From an uncultured Planctomycetaceae bacterium (GTDB lineage: Bacteria > Planctomycetota > Planctomycetia > Pirellulales > PALSA-1355), in the NCBI GenBank assembly GCA_963785305.1, contig CAWAUV010000007.1, positions 1,024,001 to 1,088,000 of the forward strand: a stretch of DNA of 64,000 nucleotides, read 5' to 3'. Positions 11,036-24,659 of the stretch are shown one piece after another. Both the position numbers and the translations under genes were made by a program. A model generated the notes under the pieces. That model did no database searches and was not told where the DNA came from. It saw nothing but the letters and a program-made list of their open reading frames with translations. Positions within the stretch are counted from its first letter, which is position 1. The number at the start of each line of letters is the position of its first letter.

Positions 11036-13097
11036 CTAACGGGCCGACGGCTGGCCGTTTCGCTCGCGCTTGTTTGGGCGGTTGCCGTGTCGCTCGGCCG
11101 CGCCGCCGCGCGGGCTCGCTTCGGCGGGTTCGCGAATCCAACTCGAAGTGACGCTGGCAAGCGCGAAACCGGCTAGGGCATGCGCCGCCGAGTCGGTGAT
11201 GGGGCTGGCGGCTGGGCGCTCCGGCGCCATGAAGAGATGATCGTCGAAGGCGGCGTCGAATTCCGAATCGGCCCATACCGCTTGCAGCGCTCGCTCGGCC
11301 CGCTCGATCGCGGCCGCGGCCGCGGCCTCTTGAGCCGGAATGGTCGCGGCGTCCGCGGAGCCCTCGGGCAATGAGTTGCGATCGTTGCGCGGGTTGGCGG
11401 CTTCGGCGGCCGGCGCGGGGTTCGTGGCTTCCGTGGCCGGGGCGCTCGGAGCGGCTTCATGCTTCACGCTGCCCGGCAAGCTCGAACCGCCGGGGTTTTG
11501 GGAAGACGCTGCGGGTCTCCTCCCGGCAGAAAGTCGAGATCGTTATCCCAGCCCGAGCCGCTGGCCGGAATCTGCGAATCAAAGGGTCCGCGATTGGCGC
11601 CGAGCGATAGCGGCGTGGCGGCAGTGGTTGGACCGAGTTGGGCCACGGCGGCGGCGGAGACATTGACTCCTTGCTCCGCGGCTTGCATGGCGCCGAGATT
11701 CGTGGCCGAGACTTCGAAGATCGATGTGTTGACGCCGCCGGCCAGATCGCCGCCGCCGCCGGCGCCTTCGCCACCCGCGCTATCGCCGCCCGGGCCGTTG
11801 TCGATCGGGGCGCTGCCGCCGAGTTCGATGCGTCCACTGGCGCTCGCGGCGGCGATATAGGCATAGCCGGCCGCCGTGTTGCCGGTGGTCACGCTGCCGA
11901 TGAGGCTATCGATCACGAGATTTGCAATCGGTGAGCCGCGGCCGGTGACGAAATCGTAGCCGGAGTGAGCGGCGTATTCGTTGTTGCCGCCGGTGGTGAC
12001 ATCATGGAAGTCGGTCGAGGGCAGGCTGTAGATGGCCGATTGGGCGCCGTTGAGCGTGCCGAGTCCGAACATGGTTCGCCCTTGATCGGCGATCGTGATC
12101 AGGCCGGCCCACTGCGGGGCGCCGGCGCTGGTGCCGCCCACTTCGAACCAGCCGCTCTGGCTGCCATAGGCCACGCTGTCGTAGACGGCGAAGCCCGTGC
12201 TGGGATTCGCGTCGTACGACACATCGGGCGCCGAACGCTTGCCGGTCGATTGGAACAGGCGTTGGTAGCTCGGTTCGGTTTCGTAGCCGCTCACGCTGCC
12301 GCCCGAGTCGCCCCAGCGCTTTCGCCCAGATAGGTTCCGCTCGCACTGATCGAGAGCGTCGTTCCGCCGACGGCGAGCACATTGTTCGAGAGTGCCGGCC
12401 AGCCGCTCGGTGCGCCGGTGTCGCCCGACGAAGCGACGAAGGTAATGCCGGTGTGGCCGGCCGGAGTGGTGAAGTAGGAGTCGAAATAGTTCTCGCCATT
12501 GAAATCGCTTGTGCCCCAGCTCATCGACACCACGCTCACGCCGGCCGTGTTGCGCGCCGTGTTCACGGCGGTGAGTAAGTCCGAGAGGTTGCTCGAGTTG
12601 GCTTCGATGAGCACGATATTCGCGCCGGGAGCGATCGCATGGGCCCATTCCACGTCGAGCGCGGTTTCGAGGTCCCAGGTCGAGTTGGCCGCCGGCAGCG
12701 CGGCGCCGCCCACTTCGTTTTCCACTTTGAAATTCGGCGGGTTGGCGATGCCGAAGGTGGCGTCGAAATGGGCCAAGTCGGCCGCGATGTTCGGGTCGCC
12801 ATAAGCGTCGACGATAGCGATCGTCTGCCCGGCGCCATTGCCGGCGACACCGCCGAAGCTCACGTTGTTGAAGCCATAGGCCTGACGAATCTGGGCCGGC
12901 GTGTAGCCGTAGGGCGTGTTGCTCGACACGCTGAGCACGGAGAGATCGGTGGTCACGGTGGCGGTGTCGGCGGGCGAAGCGGTCATCAGGGCGCGATCTT
13001 CGAGCGCCTCCAACCGAAGAACACTCCGCTGGTCGCGAGACCCGCGACCGCCGAGAGACGAAAACGCAACGAGGCTGCCGCGATACGACTTGCGCAT
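11036..13097 (-). CDS. S53 (sedolisin-like) serine peptidase with planctomycete LEPRxLL-type N-terminus (frameshifts ~12318, ~11510)
   Basis: LRLEALEDRALM; GAGQTIAIVDAY; ETALDVEWAHAIAP; ASSGDTG; PDVSYDANP; GGTSAGAP; YDFVTGRGSP. Confidence 0.88.
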
Positions 13098-13387
13098 GAT
13101 GCTAACTCCGAGATGTCGTCGAATGACGGAGACGAGTCGCCGAAGGGCCGTGAACGGAGGCGACGCGCCGAATGGCTTTGACAGGACAAACGGGTCGAAT
13201 GACCGAATGAACCTTAGGTCGAAGTTTCAAAGCCGTGGGAATCTTTAACCAAAATTTCAAAGCTCCGAGCGAGGCGAAGCTTGTCAGTTGCACGGGGGGA
13301 GAATCGCAACTCATCGTGGTTAAATCACTTGCGGTGGGTGTGGTGGGCAAACGGACACTGGTCACATGGCGCTGGTTGTAGCGACAA

Positions 13388-13403
13388 TGCAACACGCATG
13401 CCA
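13388..13403 (-). promoter_or_regulatory. Sigma-54 (-24/-12) promoter upstream of S53 peptidase
   Basis: Minus strand reads TGGCATGCGTGTTGCA: GG-N10-GC, matching TGGCAC-N5-TTGC, about 290 nt upstream of the start codon. Confidence 0.65.
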
Positions 13404-13546
13404 TGCCCCCAGGGCAGTAAGAGCGCCCATCTCCCTCAACCCGCAATGTCAAACATCGAGACGATGACACGCGCGGCGAGGCGTTTGGGGAAGCGTCCGG
13501 CGAGAGGGCCGGCGCCGAAAACCGCGAGGCGTTTCAAGCTCGCGGC

Positions 13547-14736
13547 TCACCGAGAATCATGGGCCGGCTCGAATGTGAGCGGCTCCTCGGCCAGCGGGTC
13601 GTGGATGCGCACCGCCAATTTGCCCGACAAGAGCTCCTCGATCCGCTTGCCCACCACCTCGGCCCGCCAGCCTTGGCCCAAGTGCGGCGGCGCATCGGTA
13701 TAGCCTTCGACTCCCAGATGGTAGGCGATCAGTTCGCGCACATCGCTGGCGCTGCCCACCAAGCTCGACGCCACCGAGGCCGAACGGCAAATACTCGTCA
13801 GCGCGCTGAGAGGAATTGCCCCAAGAGATTGAGCTGCGGCGGCGAGGGCCGATTGTTCGGACGCGGACACTCCGAATCGGGCAGGGCCAACGCTTGGGCG
13901 ATTGCTTCGGCCAGCCGCGGCATGCCGCGCTGCAAGTCGCCGCGCTCGAGGCCCCGCAAGGCGCGAATCTGCTTGAGATCGGCCGTGCGCCGTTTGGCCA
14001 GTTCGACGATCAGATCATCGCGGAGCACGCGTCGCATCGGCCAATCGCGGCGCTCGGCCTCGGTCTCGCGCCAGCGGCACACTTCGCGCACGATCGCGAG
14101 ACTGCGCGCTGAAAGGCCCGAAATGCCGGCGGTGCGCCACCAGCGCTCGCGCGAGCGGCTGGCGTCGATTTCATCTTGCCAAGCGTTCATTTCGGCTTCG
14201 AGCCAAGGCAACCGGTCGAGCAATTCGAGCCGCGTGACGAGCCGGTCGCGCATCGCCGCCAGATAGCGCACATCGTCGAGCGCGTAGTCGATCTGCCCGC
14301 TCGAAAGCGGTCGGCGGCGCCAGTCGGTGCGGGTCTCGCCTTTTTGCGAGCGCTGGCCGAGCAGTTTGTACATGAGCGAGCCGTAGCCGGCCGGATATTC
14401 GTAGCCGACGATTCCCGCCGCGATTTGCACATCGAATAGCCGCGTGGGCCGACGATCGATGGCGCCCAGGCAAAAGAGCAGCTCCTCGCGTCCGGCATGA
14501 ACGATCGTGTTGTGGCCCGGCGCGGCCAGTAGTTCCCAGAAGGGGCGCATGTCGCGCACGGCGAGCGTGTCGATCACCAGCAGCCGATCGGCCGCCGCCA
14601 CTTGCACTAGGCACAATTGCGGTCGAAAGGTGTGCTCCGACACGAACTCGGTGTCGAACGCAATATCGGGCGCGGCGGCCAGTTCGCCGCACACTTGAGC
14701 CAAATGTTGATCGGTGGTGACGAGCTCGTGAGTCAC
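13547..14736 (-). CDS. rnd: Ribonuclease D (3'-5' exonuclease + HRDC) (frameshift ~13803)
   Basis: IAFDTEFVSEHTFRPQLCLVQVA, DVQIAAG, TDWRRRPLS..QIDYALDDV; C-terminal LGQGWRAEVVG in the shifted frame; GTG start 14736. Confidence 0.92.
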
Positions 14737-14904
14737 GCTGGGGCCCCGGCAACCTGCGGGCCACGGATCAAGCCAGGGGCCCAAGAGAAACCGCCAAAGG
14801 CAACAGAAGAACACTCGCGGAGAGAATCGTCAAGTGTCGCCGCCCGAGCCGGCCGCTGATTTCATGAAATGCCGCGTGGCGTCGGGGCCAGGACTTGCGG
14901 TCGG

Positions 14905-14949
14905 TAAATACAAAGAACCGACGCCCCCTTGAAACAGGAGCGTCGGTTC
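14905..14949 (-). terminator. Rho-independent terminator downstream of Gly-rich protein gene
   Basis: GAACCGACGC (14915-14924) pairs with GCGTCGGTTC (14940-14949); TTTGTATTT follows on the minus strand. Confidence 0.7.
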
Positions 14950-14995
14950 GCCTGGTTGCTCGAATCGTGTCTTTTATAGGATGGTGGTCGGCAAG

Positions 14996-16148
14996 TTATT
15001 TTCCACCGCCGCCTCCGCCACCGCCCGCCCCGCCGCCGCCCGCGCCACCCGCTCCGGCTCCGCCACCCGCTCCCGCGCCTCCGGCGCCACCACCGAGGCC
15101 GGCCGCGCTGCCCACGCCCCCCAGTCCGCCGCTGGCGCCACCCGCGCCGACTCCGCCGGTCGAGCCGGTTCCGCCGAAGCCGGCGCCGAACCCACCATTG
15201 ACGCCGCCGGGCCCGACCGATCCGGGATCGCTACCGGCCGTGCCCGAACTGGCGCCCGCGCCCAAACCGCCTCCCGCCGAGCCCGGTCCGAGCGGGCTGC
15301 CCGCTCCCGAGCCCACGACCGAACCCGCCGCCGCGCCGGCGTATCCGCTATTGGCCGAGCCGGGCCCGCCGCCGCTGGCCGCGCGGCCGGGAGCCATCGT
15401 GCTAGGCGCCGCGCCCTTGCCCAAGGGAGTGTTGCCCAGGTGATTGTTTCCCAGGGAGTTGGCGCCGCCGTGATTCATCATGCCGGCGGGCACGCCAGCG
15501 CCGCCATTGCTCACGGCGCCCGAGCCGCTGTTGATGCCGCCGAAGCCGGCTCCATCGCCGCTGGCCCCGGCATTGATATTCGTGCCGCCCAGGCCGTTGC
15601 TGGCCGCGGTCGCGGGGCCGCCGCCCGGATAGCCCGCTTGGTAACGCGAGTTGGGCAGGATGACGGCGGCCGGATTCGGCGAATTGGCCGATGACGGGTA
15701 GTATTGCCCATAGGTCTTCGCGTCATAAGGAACCCAACTATTACCATACCGAAATACCCAAGTATTGTTGGGCATGTAATACCACCAGTGGCCGTTGGCC
15801 TTGGCATAGCGCCAGTCAGCGCCATGTGTTGCTCATGCCGCTGCTGCCCGCGCGCGCGTTGATTCGCGAGGAGGATTGGTTTTGATTTTGCACTCGCAAG
15901 TCTTGGCGGGTGATGCCGTTGACGGAGGCCTCGCGGTCGTTGTTGGCCCCGGTCGCTCCGATCGGCTGGTTGGCATTGCGATCCGCGATGACATTTTCCG
16001 GGCCGAGCGGGCCTTGCTGGTTGGGCCGCAGCCCTTCGGAGGCCACGCCGGCGGTGACTGTATCGAGGGGGAGCTGACCATGGGCGTTCGCGACGCCGAG
16101 CGCCGCGCCAAACACCGTGGCACCAAGGGCGCGTAAAAAGACTCGCAT
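14996..16148 (-). CDS. Secreted Gly-rich low-complexity protein with a Trp/Tyr-rich motif (frameshift ~15822)
   Basis: Signal MRVFLRALGATVFGAALGVANAHG and RBS AGGAGA. Rejoined frame gives GADWRYAKANGHWWYYMPNNTWVFRYGNSWVPY, then a long G/A/S tail. Confidence 0.75.
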
Positions 16149-16214
16149 GGCGATCGATCTCCTGTCAGTGAAACGATTCGTGGGGGAATGGCGCAAATGG
16201 CCCGCTTAAAGCGA

Positions 16215-16231
16215 TGCACTTGGCATGCCAA
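16215..16231 (-). promoter_or_regulatory. Sigma-54 promoter of Gly-rich protein gene
   Basis: Minus strand TTGGCATGCCAAGTGCA (GG-N10-GC), about 65 nt upstream of ATG 16148. Confidence 0.65.
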
Positions 16232-16565
16232 GCGGCGGCCGCCGCCGCCCGGCTGCTCGAGGCCAGCCGCGAAACCCACGGCGGATTGTGGAGAAAGCCG
16301 CGCCACGCCGTGAGCGATCAACCCGCGAATCAGCGCCCTGCCAGTAGTCATTGACGCACACGGCGCCATCATGGTCGCGGAAAAGCCAATGCAGCAACTT
16401 TGCTCTCGACGAGCTCCCACAAAATGGGAATCGCGGCGAACGAGTGCTTAGCCCCCGCGCGGGGCAGGCGAGCCCCCGTGAAACAAATGCGACCCGACGG
16501 TCGGGCCATTTTGCAATGGCGCCACAATCGTTCGCAATTCCGACAGATGGATTTCACCGGCGGCA

Positions 16566-17138
16566 TTAGCGGCCGAAGAGGGTTTCCAGGTCGGGCGCTT
16601 GGAGGCGGCGTGCGATGGCGGGTTCGGACAAAGATTCGGCCGAGGTAGCCGACTCGAAGTCATTGGCCAGGCGCAGGAATACCTCGCGAGTCACTTCGGC
16701 GGGCGCCAAGGCCCGAGGACCGCCCGGCGGACGTCGGAAGCGGCACAAATGCAAGGCGCCCTCGCGGCCGACGAGCAGTTCATAATAAGCGGCGCCGCGG
16801 GCGTCGCGCTCGGGCGGGCTCGAGCGCAGTTGCACCACGCCCACCAGCGGGTCGGCTTCGATCACCGCGATCGGTTCGAGCAAATAGGTGATCCGCCTCG
16901 CCAGCCGCTCGGCCACGAGCTTGAGGCGCTCGAGCCCGGCGCCCGCCAATGCCACTCCGCTCCAGGCGAAATCGCTAAACGAGCAAGCCATGCGATCGAG
17001 CGCCGAGAGCTCGCAGTCGAAGCGGCCACCGGGCACGGTAATTGAAAGGCGACGCGATTCGCCGGCGAACGAGGGCCATTCGCCGAGCGTTTTTTTTATT
17101 TCAGGAGCAAGGTGATGGATTTCATTGGAAAGGCTCAT
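16566..17138 (-). CDS. Hypothetical protein translationally coupled to spoVR
   Basis: ATG 17138 overlaps the spoVR TGA (ATGA); globular-looking sequence LARRITYLLEPIAVIEAD...VQLRSSPP...YYELLV. Confidence 0.75.
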   Translation of the reverse strand: MSLSNEIHHLAPEIKKTLGEWPSFAGESRRLSITVPGGRFDCELSALDRMACSFSDFAWSGVALAGAGLERLKLVAERLARRITYLLEPIAVIEADPLVGVVQLRSSPPERDARGAAYYELLVGREGALHLCRFRRPPGGPRALAPAEVTREVFLRLANDFESATSAESLSEPAIARRLQAPDLETLFGR

Positions 17139-18667
17139 TTGTTTTCTCCGCTCTTCTCGGTTTTGTGTTCTGTTCCGTCGAACGACAGCACCGCCGTCGC
17201 GCCGTCGAGGACCGTTTCCACATGCACCGGCCGCTTCCACAGCCGGTAAAGATTCGTCAGCGTGTCGTGGGCGTAATTCAACTTGAGCTCCACGCCACTG
17301 AATTGGTGTTCGAGGAAGAGCTCGCCGCGGTTCTTATAGTTCGCGTCGCGCACCGCGATGCTCGGACGGCCGACGTTCGTGAGATTGAAAAGCAAGCTTT
17401 GCTTGATCTTGGGGAACTCGCGGCTCTCGATCTCGAAGGCGTCGGACCCGGGGTTATAGCCGAAGGAAAACAGCTTGTATTCACGGCAGAATTCGAGGGT
17501 GAGAAACTCGTCGATGAATGTCAGATCGTTGTGAACTCGCCGCACGTCGAAGATTTTCCGCCGGCCCTCGTTGGCGCCGGTGTCCCAGCGGCGCTTTTCG
17601 GCCAGATCGTCGCACTCGTCGTAGTCCTTGCCGAACCGGCCGCGATTCCAGCGGTCCTCGATATCGCGGTACAACTCGATGCCGAGCTTATAGGGGTTCA
17701 GCCGTTGGCCGCTCGTGGCGAGCGTGCCCGAGTGATGGTCGCAGTAGCAGACCACGTCGCCGGGCGAAAGCCCTTGCCGGGTCATGATCGTGGAGTGCCA
17801 GTAGCTGGCCCAACCTTCGTTCATGATCTTGGTTTGAGCCTGCGGGGCGAAATAATAGGCTTCGTCGCGAATGATCGAGAGCACATCGAGTTGCCAGCTT
17901 TTGAGCGGCGCGTTTTCGAGCAAGAACAACATCACGTCGCGCACCGGCTCGGGCGGAAATCGGCTCGACTCGTCCTCGGCCCGCTTCTTGAGCCGCAGGG
18001 ATTCGGCCTCGAGCGCCTCGCGCGGATTGATGAACGAATCCATGTAGCTCTTCGAGCCGTAGCGCGTCGGCAGGGCGGCCGGGTCGTCGTCGTCGCTCGC
18101 GGCGGCGGCCAGCATGTCGGGCTTGCGCTTGAAGTGCGCTCGCTGGATGAAGGGCGAGTGGATATCGATCAGGTCCTCGATGCTCAGGCAGGCGTCGATG
18201 AAGGTCTCGACCTCATCGATGCCGAACCGGTCGATATGCTTGCGGATCCGCTGGCCGTGGTTGGCCATTTGATCCATCATCTTGCGGTTGGTTTGGCTGA
18301 ACCAGTAGTTGTTTTTGAAGAAATCGCAGTGGCCATAGACATGGGCCATCACCAGCTTCTGATCCACCAGCGCGTTGGAGCGCATCAGGTAGGCGTAGCA
18401 GGGGTCGTTGTTGATGACCAGTTCGTAGATTTTTTGAAGGCCGTAGTGATAGCCTTTCGAGAGCTGTTCGTATTCCATGCCGAATCGCCAGTGCGGATAG
18501 CGGCTGGGGAAGCCGCCGAGCGAGGCGATGGCGTTCAGGTCGTCGGCGTCGACCACTTCGAAGATCGTGGGAAAGAAGTCGAGCCCATACCGCCGGGCAT
18601 GGCCTTCCATCTGCTGCTGGATGTCGGCCAGTTCGGCGGATAACGGCGAGTAGGTCGCGGTGGCCAT
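17135..18667 (-). CDS. spoVR: SpoVR family protein (YcgB-like)
   Basis: GFPSRYPHWRFG, IYELVINNDPC, AHVYGHCDFFKNN, QTKIMNEGWASYWH, NPYKLG. Confidence 0.95.
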   Translation of the reverse strand: MATATYSPLSAELADIQQQMEGHARRYGLDFFPTIFEVVDADDLNAIASLGGFPSRYPHWRFGMEYEQLSKGYHYGLQKIYELVINNDPCYAYLMRSNALVDQKLVMAHVYGHCDFFKNNYWFSQTNRKMMDQMANHGQRIRKHIDRFGIDEVETFIDACLSIEDLIDIHSPFIQRAHFKRKPDMLAAAASDDDDPAALPTRYGSKSYMDSFINPREALEAESLRLKKRAEDESSRFPPEPVRDVMLFLLENAPLKSWQLDVLSIIRDEAYYFAPQAQTKIMNEGWASYWHSTIMTRQGLSPGDVVCYCDHHSGTLATSGQRLNPYKLGIELYRDIEDRWNRGRFGKDYDECDDLAEKRRWDTGANEGRRKIFDVRRVHNDLTFIDEFLTLEFCREYKLFSFGYNPGSDAFEIESREFPKIKQSLLFNLTNVGRPSIAVRDANYKNRGELFLEHQFSGVELKLNYAHDTLTNLYRLWKRPVHVETVLDGATAVLSFDGTEHKTEKSGENK

Positions 18668-18874
18668 GGGATCGGCTCCCTGCCGAGGTTTGTTCGTTGG
18701 GTCGGCTTCCCCAGGCGACCACGCGCCCGCCAAGTGGCTGGGCTCGCGTCGCTCCTCTTCGATCGATCGGTTACTTCTCGACTCGTGGCTTGTTCGACTC
18801 GAACAGCTCGGCAAGGAGCCGTTCGAGTCGCGGGCTTTGGCGGGCGCGGGAGCGGTCGCGGCGAGCGACGGCTC

Positions 18875-19981
18875 TCAAACGCCCTTGCCCAAAAATTGTT
18901 TTAGCGCGTCGTAAATCCCTTCTTTCGATTCGATTTCGGCCAGCACCAGTTTTTCTTCCTTTTCGCGAAAAGCATGCTGGAGCGATCGCAAATACTCGCC
19001 GCTGCCATAGGGGCTTTCGACCTGGCCATAGCAAAACAAATTCACCTGCGGCAGCAATTGCTCGCGGAGCAGTTCGAGGCTCCGTTCGTTGTCCTCGCCC
19101 CAGTTGTCGCCATCGGAGAACTGAAAGCAATAAATGTTCCAGGCGGCCGGCGGAAACGAACTGGCGATCACATCGGCGCAGACTCGATACGCGGAGCTGA
19201 TCCGAGTGCCGCCGCTTTCGCGGGTGTGGTAGAAGGTGTGTTCATCGACCTCCTTGGCGGCGGCGTCGTGAATGATGTAGCGCTGCTCGACGCCGTCGTA
19301 TTGACTGCGGAGCCAAGCGTCGAGCCAAAACGACGCGGTGCGGACAATCGCCTTTTGCTCGTCGGTCATCGAGCCCGAGACATCCATCATGTAGATGATG
19401 GCGGCGTTGGCCTGTGGCTGCTCGATCTCATTGGCGGAGCGATAGCGCTTGTCCTCGCGAATCGGCACGATCCGCGGGCTGGCGGCGACATAGGTGTTCG
19501 ACGAGATCTGCCGGCGGAGCGCTTGCATATAGGTGCGCTTGAAGTGCCGGAGCGACTCGGGGCCATGTTTGCGCACATTCGTATAGCGACTTTTGATTTG
19601 GCTGATGTTGGCCTCGCCGCGCGGCTCGATGCGGGGCAATTGCAGTTCGTCGCCCAAAATGCCGGCCAACTCCTCGAGCGTGACTTCGACTTCGAGAATA
19701 TGGGCGCCCGGCTCGCCGCCTGCCCGGCCGGCGCCATCGCCCGGCTGGCCGGGGCCGACCGGAGTTCCGTTTTCACCATCGCCCTGGCTCACGCCGCCGC
19801 TGCCATTTTTTCCGTACCGGAAATGGGGCACATCGAGCTGCGGAAGGGGAATGCTCACGAGATCGCCGCCCTTGCGGCCGATCATTTCGCCGTGGGTGAC
19901 ATACTTCCGCAAATTCTCGCGGATTTTGCCACGCACGATCTGTTTGAATCGGGAATGGTCGCGATCGATCTTGATGGTCAT
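18875..19981 (-). CDS. yeaH: YeaH/YhbH (DUF444) family protein
   Basis: [38 protein letters not shown]; lies between prkA and spoVR. Confidence 0.92.
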   Translation of the reverse strand: MTIKIDRDHSRFKQIVRGKIRENLRKYVTHGEMIGRKGGDLVSIPLPQLDVPHFRYGKNGSGGVSQGDGENGTPVGPGQPGDGAGRAGGEPGAHILEVEVTLEELAGILGDELQLPRIEPRGEANISQIKSRYTNVRKHGPESLRHFKRTYMQALRRQISSNTYVAASPRIVPIREDKRYRSANEIEQPQANAAIIYMMDVSGSMTDEQKAIVRTASFWLDAWLRSQYDGVEQRYIIHDAAAKEVDEHTFYHTRESGGTRISSAYRVCADVIASSFPPAAWNIYCFQFSDGDNWGEDNERSLELLREQLLPQVNLFCYGQVESPYGSGEYLRSLQHAFREKEEKLVLAEIESKEGIYDALKQFLGKGV

Positions 19982-20222
19982 GGCAACCTCGTGCGCCCTG
20001 GGACGCTTCGGTTCGTAGCTTCTACCTTTATTACGCTCGCAATCCGCCAATCGCCCAGTGGCGCTTATCGAAAAAAATTCGCACTCGGTCCGCATACCCG
20101 CAGGGTGGATAATTCGCATGCCTCGCACGAGGAGCACGTTTCGTGCCGCTGGCGGCGAATTCGCGCCGGCGCCAGCGCGCAATGACCTAGCGTGGCGTTT
20201 CGAGGACCCATCCGTATCGCTC

Positions 20223-22259
<2,037 letters not shown>

Positions 22260-23160
22260 CGCTCATTCCTCCTCGATAGGGTTATTGCCCTAAGCCGAGA
22301 AAGACTCCGACATTGGAGAGTTTCTGGCTGTTTTGGGGCCGCCTCGAGCCGGAACCGTGCCTGGTGTCTGTCGGTGCGTGGTTGCGTCTAAATTGTCTGT
22401 TTCCGTTCGACCTCCGCGAGTCTCTGACATCATGCCTGGGACCAGGGAAAACTTCCGCTCGCCGCTGGGGCGCTCGAGTCGGCGGTCATTGGCAAGGGAA
22501 GGCAAGTTCGCTCCCTGGCATGCGCGGGGACTCGGTGCGCCTGGTGTCGGCAAGTCGGAGGGCGTCGTCCCGACAGAGAAAACGCGCCAGGAAACAGGCG
22601 GCGAGAAATTTCCCCGGAGAAAACGCCGCGAAGCCGAAACGCGGGCGATGGGAAAATTGGGAAAGATCGGGGACCGGAGGGTTCGGCGGGAAGGCTCGGC
22701 TCATTCACAGACCAGCCGTGCCCCCCGGTTCCGGCCGGGATGCTCGACAGTTCTGATTCTCTATCCTCGCGTCAAGCAGTCGGCCTTCCTTTGCCAATCG
22801 CTCAGGGCCTCTTCCTACATTTAAGTATCGTCAGAAGCGGCCCAGGGGACAAGACCATTAATCGAAATTTGTTGCCCGAGTAATTTTCTTGGCCGCCCGA
22901 AGCCACTTTCCGAAACCGATTCCAGGGAAAGAAGTTGCGTCACTTGTTGTCGGGCGCGCTAGAGGCCATCGATGCGGGCCGGCTTATGGAATCTTGGCGC
23001 AGAGTCTAAAAAACTGATTCTCGGGCACCCCGGGAATCGCCAAGCGGCGCGGTTCTTTCGCAGCGGCGAGAAGCGCGGATCGCCCCGCGCGCGACCGGCG
23101 ATCGCCAGCCGCGATCGCCGTAAGTAAGGCCGCGATGGTCTAACGGCTGCGGGACGGGGC

Positions 23161-23589
23161 TTAATCAAGCAGCCGGGTGACGCTTTCCATCAGGCGGTCC
23201 ATGGCAAACGGCTTGCGAATATAGTCATCCACGCCCAGCATCTCGGCGTAAGCCTTGTGGCGGCTGCCTTCGTTGGCCGTGATCATGATGACCTTCAGCG
23301 GCACCGGTCGGGTGCGCCGTAGCTTTTCCAGCACCAAAAAACCGCTCCGCTTGGGCATCATCATGTCGAGAATCACGAGGTCCGGATCCTCCCGCTCGGC
23401 CATCGCCAAACCCTGGTTGCCATCGCGGGCCACGAGCACTTCATAGCCCTTGTGCTCCAGCGCGAAACGGACCGATTCCACGATTTCGTAGTCGTCGTCG
23501 ACGATCAACACTCGCAGCCGCTTGGCGGGCGCTTCGGCGGACTTTTTGGCGGAGGTCTTCTTTTCGCTGGCGTTTTGATTGTCGACCAT
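23161..23589 (-). CDS. Single-domain response regulator (receiver)
   Basis: VLIVDDD, PDLVILDMMMP, MITA, DYIRKPF. Confidence 0.92.
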   Translation of the reverse strand: MVDNQNASEKKTSAKKSAEAPAKRLRVLIVDDDYEIVESVRFALEHKGYEVLVARDGNQGLAMAEREDPDLVILDMMMPKRSGFLVLEKLRRTRPVPLKVIMITANEGSRHKAYAEMLGVDDYIRKPFAMDRLMESVTRLLD

Positions 23590-23800
23590 GATGGTGCAAA
23601 ATTCTCCTGAAAACGCGATCCAAGCTCTCGTGGACAGCGCCGGCGTCGCTCGGCGCGAAATTCCGATTTCGGGGCACTCGCCGGACGGCGCGTAAGTCTA
23701 TCAGAAGTACCCGACAAACTCTCGCGACGCAAGCCGCCGCCCGCCGATTCTTGCAAACGCGTCTGGCAACCGTGCGCGAGCGAGACCGCCGCGGCGCCGC

Positions 23801-24438
23801 TCATTTCTCGAGCGCCTGGATCAATCCGCTCAACTCGTCGTGGGCGTCTTGAGTCCCACGAACGACGATCGAATGCGTGGGCCCGAAGTAGCGCACCGCG
23901 CCGGGGCCTCCATTCGTGTCCCAGGTCCGGGGTGAGATCGTTCGCTCGATCAGTTCGACCAGCGCTTGGCCTTCGTCGCCGGGCGCGCCGCCTTGCCCGG
24001 AGTCGGCTAGCGGCGGCCGCGGGGGATTCACGGCGGGCCTGATGGCGGACTTGCCGCTGGGCGCGGGGCCGATGTCTTGGCGATTTCTTCCTTGAGCTTC
24101 TTAAGCCTCGCGCGCACTGCGCGCTCGATCGAGTCGCGATCTTCGTCGAGCATTTGGGTGTCGGCCACGATTTCATCGTGCAGTTCGGCGAGCTGCCGGA
24201 TAGCGCTTGCCCGAAGGGGCCCCGCCTTGGCCGAACGCACCATCGCCTGATGCACCGCCTCGCGAAGCTGGCGCGGCGAACGCGGCGCCGCCGGACCGAT
24301 GGCGGTGGGTTTCGTCGGCTCGACGCTGGCCTTCGCCACATTGCCCGCGGAAGGGCCCGCCGCTGGCGGTTCGTCGCTCGCCGGCGCCGCAAGCGCCGCA
24401 GCTGCCGCCACAAGCCAGACTCCCATCGCATGAGCCAT
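23801..24438 (-). CDS. Secreted protein with C-terminal NolW-like (secretin N-domain-type) repeat (frameshift ~24030)
   Basis: Signal MAHAMGVWLVAAAAALA; C-terminal LVELIERTISPRTWDTNGGPGAVRYF...IVVRGTQDAHDELSGLIQAL. Confidence 0.65.
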
Positions 24439-24659
24439 AACACGCCTCCTCCGAGAGCGAGATTCACGCAAGCGGCGAGAATTCAAAACCGGCCCGACAA
24501 AAATCTCGGGCTCGAAACATGCCGCGGCCGAACCGCTTTGCCGACGATCAAAAACTGACGCGGCGGACAGGACTCCTTGAATATATCGCGTTTTCCAAGC
24601 GATTGGGAGAGCCGTCGGGTCCGTTTTCCCGGCAGGCCTGTTGAATATTCCAAAGGCTG

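Noticed and set aside
14996..15500. RiPP/microcin precursor reading of the Gly-rich protein
   Set aside because: The protein is ~380 aa with a Sec-type signal, and no modifying enzymes or peptidase-ABC exporter lie nearby.
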